DNA from: Vicugna vicugna
Lineage: Eukaryota
Length of the DNA stretch: 64,000 nt
NCBI GenBank assembly: GCA_013265495.1
Contig: MU058844.1
Span: 8,739,490 to 8,803,489, forward strand
Direction of reading: 5' to 3'
Position 1 is the stretch's first letter; each line of letters starts with the position of its first letter. Positions 1 through 12,578 of this stretch are shown one piece after another. The translations under genes were made by a program, and so were the position numbers. Below the pieces are notes generated by a model. That model did no database searches and was not told the origin of the DNA. It saw nothing but the letters and a program-made list of their open reading frames with translations.

Positions 1-241
1 CCTGCCACAACGATTATCAAACTACAGCTCAGGTGCTACATTTTTCACTGCCATATGACTAGCAGCATCTAGCCTATAGTAGCTGCTTCATTATTATTAT
101 GTGAATGAACAGAAGCAAGACAGCAGGTGTGGAGAAAATGTAGCTTTAAAATTCACTGCCATCAGTTTGATGGAATATCCCGCTTAAGACTGGAGATTTG
201 TATTTCTTCTGTTACTGAAGTCTCATTAGCATTTTCCCCCA
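1..241 (-). pseudogene. Fossil exon, start of dynein C-terminal region (continues past window start)
   Basis: Acceptor ttcatttag; reads GENANETSVTEEIQISSLKRDIPSN*WQ*ILKLHFLHTCCLASV, loosely like the 'DILNKLPSDF...MNTVLVQE' segment. Confidence 0.45.
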
Positions 242-333
242 CTAAATGAACTAAATTGCCTTTCTTTGTTCTTAAAATAATTCTCAGTAGTGAGCTTAGT
301 GTCATTCTATCCCCAGATGACTACTGTCCTAAC

Positions 334-630
334 CTTTCTTTGCTCTGAAGCCTGACATCATTTTTTTTTTTTGACTGTTGGGTATATGTTTTATTCCTGA
401 ACAATCTCAAAAGATTTAGACTAGACCAAATAAAGCTACGTTTGTACAATGCCAAACTATTCATTTGGTAGTGAGTAAATTATTGTGGCTTCTTGAGCAC
501 AGAGTCAGTCTCAGCTTTTTCAATAATAATAATGATATTTTATTAGTATAAATGCCTCCAGGAAAGAAGAGAAATCCAGCATCGATTTGATGAAACTAAT
601 GTTTAAGTGGATCCTGCTGCATTTGATTTT
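334..630 (-). pseudogene. Fossil exon, AAA6 lid
   Basis: QQDPLKH*FHQIDAGFLFFPGGIYTNKISLLLLKKL ~ IPFEA..YLTGECNYGGRVTDDWDRRLL; after a frameshift IIYSLPNE*FGI ~ FIxxLP..PEIFGL. Acceptor appears mutated (ctctattg); donor AAG|gttagg. Confidence 0.6.
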
Positions 631-793
631 CAATAGAGAGAAAAAAATGATAGTTATACAAAGCACCATGTGACTCCTGTGTGTACCACTGGCGCATCAG
701 TTAAAGTAGCCCCAGGCAACTTTTTACTTACTCTTTGATTTACTGTCTTTCTTAAAATGGAAACCAAGTGCAGTCTAAACAATTTTAGGTCAC

Positions 794-1108
794 CTAGGGC
801 TTTTCCCTTTTTTGCAACTATAAGACCAATTCCCTAAATCCGTCACTATTTAGAGGAAGAGTAACAAAAAGGCACATAATTCAGTAAAGAAAAGTACAGC
901 AGAACATCACAAATAATCCACAAAGTGCGAATAACCACAGTTTCCCATTTCTTAAGAGTAAACTGGAACTAACATTTCCATAAATACAGGTGATAATTTC
1001 AGAAGATGGGTGGGCTTCATTTTGGAAATTGTTTTATCTTTTAGTTCTCTTTGTAATGTTGCCAAAGATTGAGCATATGTTTTCATTATGTATTAATTCT
1101 TTTCCTTA
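794..1108 (-). pseudogene. Fossil exon, end of AAA6 and lid
   Basis: FQNEAHPSSEIITCIYGNVSSSLLLRNGKLWLFALCGLFVMF ~ TNEPPxGLRxNLLxSY...KLLFALCFFHA; acceptor tttagtgcag, donor TAG|gtgacc. Confidence 0.6.
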
Positions 1109-1179
1109 CTGCACTAAATAATAATTGACAAACTCACAATGCAACTTAAGATGAATAGGGGTTTTCTCATTGAAAACTG

Positions 1180-1248
1180 ACATCCTCTTATTCAGGTAAG
1201 AAAACTGAAGCCCAAGGAAGATACGTGACTAGGACAAAGTCACACAGC
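1180..1248 (-). mobile_element. MIR fragment
   Basis: gaaaactgaagcccaagg...aaagtcacacagc matches the reverse complement of the MIR core. Confidence 0.6.
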
Positions 1249-1693
1249 TGTGGACAAAGAATGTCACCTGCCATTTTAGTAAATAAAGGATGTTGTAGCT
1301 ATAAAGCCATCAGCTATTGCAGCTGCCCATGATGGTGCACCCTGTCGGAAATTCAGGATGGAGGAAAACAGGATACTGGCCCTAGATAGTTAAGGTGCAT
1401 ATCAAAGGAATGATTTCAATAAGCTCAGAATCTTTCATCTTCCCATATGTAGAAAAGCACTAAAATCACTAACTCAAGATATCTGTTTTTGTGATTAACA
1501 ATAATCTTTAGATATTTGACTACTTTTTTTCAGCAAAAACTCCTATATCCTGGCTCCTCCTTTATCTCTTTGGAACACTCCCTTCAGAGCTCTCTGAGAG
1601 GGGGTATCCCGGACATAAGTCCTCAGTAAGTCAGCCAAATAAAACATAATTCTCAGCTTTCAGGTTGCGCTTTTTATTTTTTTTCAGTTGACA
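1249..1693 (+). mobile_element. Solo ERV1-type LTR (cetartiodactyl-type)
   Basis: TG...CA termini (tgtggacaaagaatg ... ttcagttgaca), internal TATA-like cctatat and AATAAA near 1638; 445 bp. Confidence 0.7.
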
Positions 1694-2253
1694 ATGCTAT
1701 CTCATTCAAGAACTAAACTAATACATCAATACACTTTTTATTCTACTTGTTCTTTTGGTGTTATCTTTCTGAATTTTTATTTATAACAGATTGTTTTAAA
1801 GGTAGCTATACATTTTTAAAGGAGTGAGAAACTTAGCTTAATGAAATTAATTTTAAGAAGGACTTGTTTAAAACATGAGAATTATTATCCAGTCCTAATT
1901 TCACTGAGCTCTCTTTTTTATTGTATTTTACATAAATGAAAAATTAATATTTAATTAATACTACTATGAAGATTGTAAGCCTTATTGAGAGGTTATTTTG
2001 GGATATATGCTATAGGCAAGATATATATTAGAAGTAAAATGTATTATTTATTTTTAATTTGTATCTATTTTATTTTTACTTGATGTATCAGGAATTGCTT
2101 GGGAGTACTCTAAAGCATTGTTCTGGATCTGCTTACAACATATTATTATACAAATATATCTGTATAGTATTAAATAATGGCTGAGCTCCTTTCTCTTTAA
2201 ATTAAATCCTTTGTACACATGTCAAGGTGCTATTTTGTATATGAAATTCATAC

Positions 2254-2315
2254 AGTTTGCTATATCTGTAAATACATGAAAAGAACTTGCGAAGTTTTAT
2301 TTATAAAATTATGGT
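2254..2315 (-). pseudogene. Candidate fossil exon, entry to AAA6
   Basis: Acceptor ttcttgttcatctag, donor gtatga; HNFINKTSQVLFMYLQI*QT; weak similarity only. Confidence 0.4.
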
Positions 2316-4925
2316 CTAGATGAACAAGAATACAAATACTCTTGTATATGTCAAGATTAAAAACAGCACATAGGTAAGTATTTATATGTATAATTCTTTT
2401 AAGATCTTGTTCATTTAATATTGCCTAATTTTCTTTTACTTTTTAATGTGTATCTACCTCTTTTAAGATGTCATTGTTGAAGAACAATTTCTCATTGTTC
2501 AAAGCATTTCACAGCTCTTACTAATTAAATTTTTATAACAACACTATGAAGAATAGATATTTATAATTTTTATTAGGGAAGAAATAAAAAAGTAGAAATA
2601 CGTATTTTTTAAATATATGTTTTTCCAGTTAAATAGGTGTCAAATGTCAAAATAGGTGGGGCAGGACTCAGGTTTCTTGAGTTTTTGTTTTACTAAAGGT
2701 CATACTGAAACCTTCTCTCTTACTCTAGTGGAAACAGAGAACTGCGTTTAGATTAACTTTGATAGCTACACATTCTCAGATGAACTGTTTATTAATTAAC
2801 TGCAAATGACCACTAGCATTTTAAGTTTATTTCACTGTGTGTGTATGCACGTTTGTTTTGATTGGGGAAAGAAGGATCTTTATAGTAGGGAAGGTGAGAA
2901 TGTTCCTGATCTTGAGAGAAAAAGAAAGACATGATCAAGAAACAAACTGTGGACAAATGGGAAAAGATAGCACTGAGGAAGAAACCAGCCTAAAAAAAAA
3001 ATCCCTGAATCAGTCAAATATGCTTTGGGTTGTAAGTAACAGAAACCCAGCTCTACCTGGCTTAAGCAAGAAGAATTCTTATTACAAAATATCCTAGAGA
3101 CAGATCTAGTTTCAGGCCAGCTAAATTCAGTTTTGACATTTCTGATGTCATCAAGATGTTTCTCTCTCTATCTCTTGGTTCTGTTCTTGGTGGTGTTTTA
3201 CAAGCCTGCCACTTAGCAGTGAGATCTGTAAAAGAAGTGTAGATTTAGGTATCATCATGGGATCAGTGTTGACTGTATCCTGAAGAAAGGATGAAATCAC
3301 CCAGGAGTTGGTCCTAGATTGAGAAGAGAAGAGGATCTTGAATAGAATCCTGAAAAACATTAGCATTTCAGGACAAGGAAAAATACCCAACAAGGAGACT
3401 GAGAAAGGATCACCTGAGAATAAAGCATACTAGGAACACAGAGGCTATGTGAAAGGTTGAATGTGCCATCAACATACATTTTCTGGCTATCCGATTTACG
3501 ATTTCTCCTTTATCTAGGAATAGTCTCTCTACTCAGGTATGGCCACCAGGATTCTATGAGTTGATGATTCATGGCTGCTGTTGAATGCTTCGGGGGAGTC
3601 CAACTGAACAATCTGGCCCTGGTAAATACTTGTTTCTAATAAACTGAAATTTAGAACTCAAAGACATAGATACCACACATGGCAGGCTGAGTAGAAGCAA
3701 ACAAGTAAAACAAATTAAATAAAAACAAAGCCAGGGACAAGTCAGAAAGTCGAGGAGTTAAAAGGGTCTCAGTATGGAAAGAAGCACCTGCTGGGGAAGG
3801 TTGAGGAGAAAAAAGCGTAGGGATTGGGAAAGCTTTCGTTTTGTTTTTAAGCTGTAAAAGACTTGCGTATGTTTTAATGTACTTGCCTCCCCATTCTCAT
3901 CAAATGAACTTGCTTCCTGAATCACAGAGAAAATAAAATTCAGTAAGTAGAAAATTCCTCAATTTTTTGCCACTAAGGCTGGAACTGTCAGCATCTGCGT
4001 TCATTCCTTTGTCTTTCTCTGCACTGTGTCACAATGGAAAAAGTGCCTCTGTGGTAATTTATCGTACCATAATATTATAAGCAGGATCCAAACATCAAAT
4101 TACCTAATACATGGGGGTCACTTTATTGTCAGATTAAAGAAATGAAGTGTAAGCCTGCACAGCTACCATCTGGAGTTCCAGGGATCTGTCTGCAAGATTC
4201 AAATCCAACTTGTTCTGGCTGTTGTTGGGTACTGATAGCTGCTCTCCACTCTGGCTTAAATATGCATGAAGATGATTCTAGGACTGAAGCTGGCTGTGAC
4301 TTCCAGGATAGCACTAAAAATTCCAATATTCCTAGTTATTTTGCCCTTGAGGGGTTGGGCCTGAAAAATACTGAAAACACAAAAATCTGCAGTGCCTGCA
4401 GTTTCCCTGCCTGACTCCAATGCCCTTCCATATATTTCTCTTGCCCTCAGGAAACAAAAGCTTTGATCTGCTCCAGTTTGACGATGGGAGCTGGATGGAG
4501 GACAGAAGCCTATTGCCAAGTTTCACTGCATGGCAAGTTTCTCCTGTTTTCGCAAGCATATTCTCTAGGATTATTGTATTCTCGATGCCAGGCATAGTGC
4601 CCAGTACATAGTAGGATCTCAATACAATTTTGCAGGATATGTGAAAAGATGGATAAATGAATGGAACAGGTAGATGATTTACGTGAGCTGGGAGAGGCCA
4701 GGATCCAGAGTACAAGAGGAAGGAGGCAATTTCAGGAAGAGGAACTCATTTTTCCTATTGAAAACTTCCTGTTTTTCAGGGAAGGGAGCAATATGAATTC
4801 TGCCTCACACACTACAAAGTAAAAAGAAAATCAGATAATAGATATTTGATGTTCTTTTAAATTCTCAGATAGTGTTCTATGTGAATAAAGAATTATAAAA
4901 ACTGGGAATATCTTTATATGTTTAC

Positions 4926-5033
4926 CTTGAATTTTCATTCCTACTGAGTTAATTGAAGTAGTTTGATACAATTTTCTTATTTTGGAACTTTAACAACCAG
5001 CATTGTTAAAGTAAGTTATCATGGTTTTAACAG
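4926..5033 (-). pseudogene. Fossil exon, pre-AAA6 region
   Basis: 108 nt, cttgtag acceptor and AAG|gtaaac donor; LLKP**LTLTMLVVKVPK*ENCIKLLQ with several stops. Confidence 0.45.
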
Positions 5034-5105
5034 CTACAAGTTTTATACTAAGCATAGCTATTAAAGCAATGTATCTTGGGTGTGGAAACAAACTGCCTTA
5101 CTTAC

Positions 5106-5158
5106 ATTGCTACAATTAAAATGTGGCTCTGTTTGATCAACACCTTTGGATTTTTTTT
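5106..5158 (-). pseudogene. Fossil exon
   Basis: ttttccttag acceptor, AAT|gtaagt donor, phase 1 start; (E)KKSKGVDQTEPHFNCSN open and in phase with the 5340-5432 exon. Confidence 0.6.
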
Positions 5159-5339
5159 CTAAGGAAAAATATGTATACACATGCTTCTAAAATTGTAGTG
5201 TTGGCTTTCTACACCTTCCTCCTTTAAAACAGGCAGAAAACAATTCCTATTGTCTAATTCTCTTGGAAAATTAATCTAAGCCTGGCAGAAGCAACTATCT
5301 AGGATGGGCTTTATTTTTATTGTATGTCTAATAGGTTAC

Positions 5340-5432
5340 CTTGGTCCTGATTTTTTTTCACACTGTCTGGTTTAATCTCTCCTAGTATTTCTAAACCATC
5401 GTGGAACATTCTATCTATTTGATAGGTCCTTT
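5340..5432 (-). pseudogene. Fossil exon
   Basis: 93 nt, phase 1-1, strong acceptor ttttttattcatcag, donor AAG|gtaacc; open frame RTYQIDRMFHDGLEILGEIKPDSVKKNQDQ. Confidence 0.7.
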
Positions 5433-5637
5433 CTGATGAATAAAAAAAAGCAAATTCCATAGAAATCTTTTTTTTCAAATTGCAAAGGGTTGGGGAATCC
5501 TTTAGTATATAGGGAAGTAGCTATAAAGAAACATAACTTTGTTACTTGAATTGCACTTGGCCTCCACGCTTAGAGCAGAAACCAAAGTTATGGTCGGTAA
5601 TATGGTTTCCATAGGGCACCTGTCAGGGATAGTTTAC

Positions 5638-6142
5638 AGTGATGGTTAATTTTGTGTCTACTTAACTGAGCTAAGGGATGTCCAGATAGCTGGTAAAATA
5701 CTGTTTCTGATTATGTTTGTGAGCATGTTTTTTGGAACTAATTAGCATTTCAATCAATAGACTTAGTAGAGAAGACCCGCCTCATCTCCAAGGGTGAGCA
5801 TCATCAATTCCTTGTGGATCTGAATACAACAAAAGGGCAAGGTGGAGGAAAGGCGAATTCTCTCCCCTCTCTTTTGAGCTGCCCTTAGGCATCAGAGCTC
5901 CCTGTACTCAGGCTTAAGGCCTCAGACTGAGAGTTACACTATTCGCTCTGCTGGTTCCTGGCCTTTTAGATTCAGACTGAATTACATTACCAGCCTTCCT
6001 TGTTCTCCAGCTTACAGACAGCAGGTTATAGGACATCTTAGTTCCCATAACAGCCTGAGCCATCCTATAATAAATCTCCTCTTATATGTGTATCTATATG
6101 TAGTCAATTAGTTCTGCTTCTCTGGAGAAACCTGACTAATAC
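5638..6142 (+). mobile_element. MLT2 (ERV-L) solo LTR
   Basis: Begins gtgatggttaattttgtgtc...agggatgtccagatagctggtaaaa and ends ctggagaaacctgactaatac, typical MLT2 termini. Confidence 0.85.
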
Positions 6143-6261
6143 CTTTACCTTTATATTGGAGAAAAAAGATTGTGATAAGGAGAGAAATTTGTAGTCAAAA
6201 AATTATATTTAATATGATTTTAAGTGGGGCTTTTCGATGCCCTAAATTTAGCCGAGGTTTC

Positions 6262-6960
6262 TGTGATTATAACTGGCGCTGCCTACCAGTGTTTCCAGTT
6301 CTTGTTCCAGGCACAGGATAGGATTTCATCTCCTTGCCTTCTTGATGCTAGTCATGAACATTTGACTTCCTTTGGCAAGTGAAGTGTGAGCAGAAGGGAC
6401 GTGTCACCTGACAGTGGGAGTTTTTGAGGACCAATGTATCATTTGCTGTGTTCTTTTCTTCCAGTTGTGGCAAATTACAACATTTCAGGAGGTGGACTCT
6501 CCAGCAGCCTACAATCCTGAAAGGATGAAGTAGACCAAAAATCCCCTGCTGAACTAAGACGGACAAGTAGAATGAGTGAAAAAAAAATCTGGTTTTAAAA
6601 AATTCTTATTTGAGGATTCATAAAAAAAGGAAAAAAATAGCTTATTTTTACTAATACAGGAATTGACCATGAGTAGTAGGGGCCCTCCATAAAAACTAAA
6701 AGATAATATATGATGTTGGCCTAGCAGCTGGTGGCTAAGAAGGCAATCCATGTTACATACTGACAATTCATGTTATTCTGTAGCAAAATATTTCGTAAAT
6801 CTGTCTCTTGAGGAAACTTGGGAGGCAGATCATGTACACATAGAATTCTCAGCTTTAGGGGAAGAAGTCAGAGAACAGAATGCCAATGTGTATGTTGGTT
6901 GTTATTGACTGCATATGCCCAGGAATTGCAGAAAGAGACAAGCTCAAAAAAAAGAATATG
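6262..6960 (+). mobile_element. MaLR MLT1-type LTR with adjacent internal sequence
   Basis: tttggcaagtgaagtgtgagcagaagggacgtgtcac motif; LTR end actaataca near 6658 followed by MaLR-internal-like sequence. Confidence 0.6.
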
Positions 6961-7084
6961 CCAGGCCTGCAAGTAAAAAACTATAGGACTAGATATTAAG
7001 ATACTGGCAGAGACAACTATTTTTAGAAACTGAACAATGCAGATAACATTGAAAAACACTGTAAGCAACAAAGATATACTTACA

Positions 7085-7712
7085 TGTATAAAACTCCATC
7101 TAATCACTCCACATCCATCAGAATAGCTAAAATCCAAAAACACTGGCAACATCAAATTCTGGTGATGATGCGGAGCAATAGAAACTCTCATTCATTTCTG
7201 GTGGAAATGCAAAATGGTACAGCAACTTTGGAAGACAGTTTGACAATTTCTTACAAAACTAAGTATAGTTTTACAATATGAGTAATCAATTCCACTCATA
7301 TGCATGCACACCCAAAAGGAGATGAAAAATTATGTCCACACAAAAACCTGCACATGAATATTTACAGCAGTTTTCTCATAATTTCCCTAAATTGGATGCA
7401 ATCAAGATGTCCTTCAGTTGTACAACTTAAACTTGTACAATGATATATGTCAATTATTTCTCAATAAAAATGGAAAAAATGATGTCCATCAATAGGTGAA
7501 TGGATGAACAAACTGTGGTACATCGAAACAGTGAGGTATTATTCAATGATAAAAATAAATGGACTATTAAGCCAGGAAAAGTCATGGAGAAATCTTAGAT
7601 GTACTTTGCTAAGTGAAAGAAGGAAGTTAAAAAGGCTACAGACTGTATGATTCCAACTATACATTTTGGAAAAAGCCAAACTATGGAGATAGTAAAACAT
7701 CAGTGGTTGCCA
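7085..7712 (+). mobile_element. Old L1 3' fragment
   Basis: Decayed ORF2 C-terminus/3'UTR (gcaaaatggtacagcaactttggaagacagtttg; aaactgtggtacatc). Confidence 0.8.
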
Positions 7713-8056
7713 GTAAGCCCCAATTCCCCAAAACACACCTGAAAGTAAGCCAGATACTAAGATGTGGAACCAGCATAATCATTTCAGTTTTGACTAGAAC
7801 TTTCTGTTGATACCTGAGTAGCCTTGAAGAAGGATGAAGTTCAGCAATTGGCTTGTTTCTCATTCTCAGCAAGGCCAAGGAAATACTAGTTGAAACAAGA
7901 ATGAGAATCTACGAGTTGTGTATAAATAATTTGCATACTTATGAATTCTAACTCCATGTGAACTTTGGGGCTCTCCAGGTAAATATTTATCTTCTTATTA
8001 TTCTATTGTTTTTGAGAACACATAGTTACCTTTTGGAATGTGCATTGCATGAATGT

Positions 8057-8079
8057 ATGTGTGTGTGTGTGTGTGTGTG
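8057..8079. repeat. (TG)n microsatellite
   Basis: About 11 TG units. Confidence 0.9.
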
Positions 8080-8194
8080 TTGTTAAGTGTATTTAACCCA
8101 GAGCTGCACAATTGTAAAACTAAGAAATCTAAGCAGATCACACTTGTGAGAGACCTGGAAGAAAAACAGTAGGGTTATCAAAGTGTGAGTGGAC

Positions 8195-8415
8195 ACTGTA
8201 GTATGATGGGAAGAACTGGGGCTTTGAGGTCAGGCAGATTTAGATCTAATTCAAGTTTTACTAGCAAGGACCCTGAAGAATTTTTGTTAACCTCTGTGAG
8301 TTTTGATTTGCAAGTGGGATTAATGATTTATACCACACAGCATTACTGTGATGATTAAATGAGATGATAATGTAAAGGGTTTGGGTCATAGTAGGAGCTA
8401 TGTTAACTAGTGTCA
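8195..8415 (+). mobile_element. MIR
   Basis: ggctttgaggtcaggcagat...taacctctgtgag...gtgatgattaaatgagatgataatgtaaag. Confidence 0.7.
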
Positions 8416-9430
8416 TTCTGCTGATATTTAGAAACCACTAAATAAATAGTGGGTCAAATGAGAAGGTAAGTTGAGAGAGACATGATCTTGGTCAGGGTGC
8501 CATAGAAATCTTGGTCCAAGCTCTTTATGATCCTTTTGTACAAATAAGTATGTTTTCTTTATATTCAGTCTTAATTATTAAATATTTACTGAGAAATTAC
8601 TTTAAGTCCTATGCTAGATTAAGCTACACTCATTTTAGAATATATAAATCTTTTTTTCAAGATGCTGAGAAGGGATTTCAGAGAGTGATTATTTATATAT
8701 CCAACAGAACAAACATAGAAAACAGCGTCACAAAGTGAGAACAAATCGGCAAGTGAGGTCAGATTACTATGATGTGGGAATGTTGGCAAAATTAAAGTGG
8801 AAAATGAAGGATTTTATCTGGGTCTTAAAAGAGGAAAACATTTAAATAAATGATATGTGGAATCAGAACATGGGAGAGGAGTGGGCAACTGATGTTGAGT
8901 GTTTACTACATTTCAGGCACTATCTACATATATCACAAGGTGTAGATAAGCTAGGGCCTGATACAGTGTTTGCATACAAATGGATGGATGGTTAGAGACA
9001 GGGGGAATGAGAGAGAAATAGACATAGACGTATATATATCTTCATTTCAACTCTTCAGAGTAGCTATTATTAAGTCAGTTTTGAAGACAAAAGATATTGA
9101 GAATTACTCCACTGAGAAACTTGTCTGAGTTCTTATAGCCAAGAGGCAGAGAAGTGGGTTTACCAGCCCAATTCTGACTCACAAAATTCTAATACAGCAT
9201 GATACATCTTGCATATTAGAATTTGTTTTTTGAAGAGAGGAAGTAAAGTATAAAGCTAGACAGGTTAAAGTCAAGTTATTCACTTAGATAATTTCTGCTC
9301 TCCCAAATTCACAAAGATTTCTGTATCGATCAAGAGTAAGACTGGACTGTCAAGTTGGAGAGAGGGAAAAATATGAAGATGTGTAACTCTTACGATGAAA
9401 TACTATTCAATTTTTTATTCGGATTTTTAC

Positions 9431-9616
9431 CTTGTAAGTTCACAAATAAATTCTTGAGGTCACTAATATTTCTTTTCTTTTATAACATTTCTTTTTATAA
9501 AACTTTACTCATTAAGAATTCCTCTGAATTTCATAGGTATTTTCTGGGTAAATGTGTTTGAAAGTCTTGAGTTGACTTCAGCAGGCAGGGTGGTGGAATT
9601 AGATTGCATTGCATTA
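9431..9616 (-). pseudogene. Fossil exon, post-buttress helical region
   Basis: Acceptor tttctatttttag, donor AAG|gtaaaa; MQCNLIPPPCLLKSTQDFQTHLPRKYL*NSEEFLMSKVL*KEML then frameshift to KENISDLKNLFVNLQ, ending phase 1 as required by the 5432 exon. Confidence 0.6.
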
Positions 9617-9673
9617 CTAAAAATAGAAATTGGTAATTTTTCATTTTAATAAATTTAAATTTGTTTAGATTAC

Positions 9674-9804
9674 AAGGATTTTCTTTTTTGTTCTGGATGT
9701 AGTATGACTTATATAGTATTTATAATACAATTTTGTCATATTATATAATATTGAGGTATACAGAACTACACAGAACCGTCAATAATGAGCAATTTTTGTT
9801 GTGT
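9674..9804 (-). pseudogene. Fossil exon, end of buttress
   Basis: KIAHY*RFCVVLYTSILYNMTKLYYKYYIS ~ PIAxxSSVLFFSIADLANIDPMYQYS; donor gtaatc. Confidence 0.55.
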
Positions 9805-9874
9805 CTGTCAGCATTTATTGGAATTACCAAGGTCAGTAAAAAGAATTATCATAATTTATTCTTACAGTACTCAC

Positions 9875-9965
9875 TTTATGCATGGCTTTAATTTCTATAA
9901 TCTTTAATTAGATGTCTTCAAAGGTAAGTGAGTATATATAGGTTGAGGAAATAGTTACTGATATT
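9875..9965 (-). pseudogene. Fossil exon, buttress return helix
   Basis: 91 nt, phase 2-0, gatgtag acceptor, AAA|gtgagt donor; ISVTISSTYIYSLTFEDI*LKIIEIKAMHK ~ ...TELKIAESREGYR. Confidence 0.65.
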
Positions 9966-10013
9966 CTACATCAGAAGTAAGTTATTTTATTAGTTTTAAA
10001 TTTTTAAGTTTTA

Positions 10014-10144
10014 TTATTTCTTTGTGGGGGAGGTGATTAGGTTTATTTATTTATTTATTTTTAGAGGAGGTACAGGGGATTGAACCCAGGAGCTTGTGTA
10101 TACTAAGCATGCACTCTACCACTTAAGCTATATACCCTTCCCCC
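10014..10144 (-). mobile_element. Camelid tRNA-derived SINE (Vic-1-like)
   Basis: Reverse complement GGGGAAGGGTATATAGCTTAAGTGGTAGAGTGCATGCTTAG...GGGTTCAATCCCC with A/B boxes, (TAAA)n tract and A-rich tail. Confidence 0.85.
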
Positions 10145-10727
10145 TTATGTTTTTAGTTTTATACATATAGTTTGCTTCTACAGTTATTTAACATCATCAA
10201 TCAACATTGCTAAAAAATTCTGTTGGAATTGCCTTTTTATTCTCTTGAGGGAGAGTTTTTTGACAATCAAATTAATTTTCTACAAGACGCTATGTGACAT
10301 ATTCATTGTCTTTCACCCCAGGCTTACATAAGACTTGCTAAACAATCACTGGATTCTTTTCTAAAGCTTAGAATATTATTTTTATGTGAATTTATTATTT
10401 ATTCTTTAAGTTTATGGTTAAAAATGTACGTTTATTATGATTTTCCTAACAGTTGGCCAACTGTCTTATGTCATATGTATTACAGTTTTAAACTTGTCAT
10501 AATATTTACTGTCTTTTGGTGTTTTGTGTAAAAAATGTAAACCATATTCACTGCATATAATATTTATAATATACATGCAAATAAAGAAGAAAATAAGTTA
10601 CCCATAATTCTATTACCCAGGGATAACTATCATTAATCTTTAGATGCATTTTGAGAGCAAGATAAAATAGATACACAGATGAAAAAATTATAATAGGAAT
10701 TTTAACTTTCTTGGTGAAGTTACATTC

Positions 10728-11040
10728 AGACACACATTTCTCAAAAGAAGATGTATAAATGGCCAAAGGGTGCATGAAAAAGTGTTGAACACCTCTAATC
10801 ATCAAAATGCAAATCAGCACCACACAACCACACAATGAGATGTCACCTCACAAGTGTTAGAATGGTATTATTCAAAAAGAAAACAAAACAAAAAAAAACA
10901 ACCAAGAGAAAACAAGTGTTGGTGACTTTGTAAAGAAATTAGAACATTTGTATACTGTTGGTGGAAATGTGAATGGTTCAGTCACTGTGTAAACCAGTGG
11001 GGAGTACTGTCAAAACGTTACAAACAGAACTATCACACAG
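10728..11040 (+). mobile_element. L1 ORF2 3' fragment
   Basis: cagacacacatttctcaaaagaagatgtataaatggcc...gaaaaagtgttgaacacctctaatcatc. Confidence 0.8.
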
Positions 11041-11920
11041 TCACTTCTAAGTGTCTAATCTGCCAGCAGCAAAGACCAACACTGAGTTCCCAGTATGGCA
11101 CCATTCTCCAGGGTAATCAGCCAGGAACCTGGTGGCAGGTCTATTACACTGTATTGCCCCCATCATGGACTAGGCAGGGCTTTATTCTTACTGGAGCAGA
11201 TGCTTACTTTGGATATGAATTTGCCTTCCCTGCACATAATGCTTCTGTCATAACTATCATCTAAGGATATGCAGAATGCCTTAGCCATGGTCATGGTATT
11301 CCACACATAGTCCTTATAGTCAAAAAACTCACTTTACAACAAAGTGCGGCAGTGGCATCATGCTAATGGAATTCATTGGTCTTACCATGTTTCCCATCAT
11401 TTTGAAGCGATTGGCTTGATAGAATAGCAGAGTAGTCTTTTGAAGACTTAGTTATAGTGCCAGGTAGGTAGTAATATTGTGTAAGGCTGTGACAATATTC
11501 TCCAGAAGGCTATATATGCTCTGAATCAGCATCCAATATATGGTTCTGTTTTCCACAAAGCCATAATTCATGAGTCCAGAAATCAAGAGGTGGAAATAGA
11601 AATTGCACCATCCACAATTACCTTGAGTTGTAAAATTTGGGCTTCCTTATACCTCTGAATCAATAGGCAATGAGAGAAGTTACTATACTGGCTGGGGTGA
11701 TCTTGATTAACAAGAGGAATTTGGACTGCTACTACACAGTGAAGGTGAGGAAAGTATGTTTGGAATATAAGACATCCCTTAAAGATTTCTCTTACTACTA
11801 CCATGACCTATCATTAAAGTCAATGGAACACCACAATAACCCAGTTTTGGCAGGAGTATTTATTGGCCAGACCCTTCAGGAATAAATGTTTGGGTTAGCC
11901 ACTAGGCAAAGAATCATGAG
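11041..11920 (+). mobile_element. ERV-L internal fragment (decayed integrase followed by dUTPase)
   Basis: CLICQQQRPTLSSQYGTILQGNQPGTWWQVYY...FILTGADAYFGYEFAFPA matches ERV-L integrase; VTILAGVI matches the ERV-L dUTPase; stops and frameshifts. Confidence 0.85.
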
Positions 11921-12187
11921 CTAAAACTGACGTTTCCTGGAGAAAAAGAAATTCTCTCTTAATACTGAAGTGTTAGCTTCTGCCTGAGTTTCCTTCTGTC
12001 CTCTGTATTTCAGACTCAAGACTACAGTAACAAATTGTGTCTGTGTTTTTAGCAGGCTGGCTTGCCCTACAGATTTCAGATTTGCTAGCTCCCATAATTA
12101 CATGAGCCAGCTTCTTAAAATAAACTCTTTATATATATGTATGTGCATATCCTATTTTTTCTATTTCTCTGGAAAACCCTGACATAG
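11921..12187 (+). mobile_element. MLT2 LTR 3' portion
   Basis: gccctacagatttcagatttgctagctcccataattacatgagcc...tttctctggaaaaccctgac. Confidence 0.75.
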
Positions 12188-12578
12188 CAAGTTTTTATAA
12201 TTCTTTAAGTCTTGGTTAGCTTAACTCTTACTTGGAATAATAAAACTACTTACAGAGTTGTTATGAGTAAAAAATGAGAAGATACAATCAAATTACTTAG
12301 GAAAATATCAGAAAAATTATAAGTACTTGATAAATATTAGCATTGACTCTTTTTCTACTACTCTGATTTCCAAAGCAAAAGTATTCCAGGCTTAAACTTC
12401 TTTTATTTTTATCTATATTTATATCTCCATCTATTTTAATGTGTATTAATTTCACTTCATCTTTTCTCCAGCAGAATCCAAGAAATGGTTAAATTTTTCA
12501 GGTATTAAAAGGATTGGTTCTTCTTTCACAACATATTCATTAATTAACTCAGATTCCTTGGGTTGGCTGAACACATAC

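Noticed and set aside
5215..5277. Possible extra exon INFPRELDNRNCFLPVLKEE
   Set aside because: Would create introns of only about 55-65 nt, and the flanking exons already join in phase without it.
10060..10144. tRNA-like sequences here and at ~61345-61418
   Set aside because: They are SINE heads followed by simple-repeat and A tails (the second with a clear TSD), not tRNA genes.
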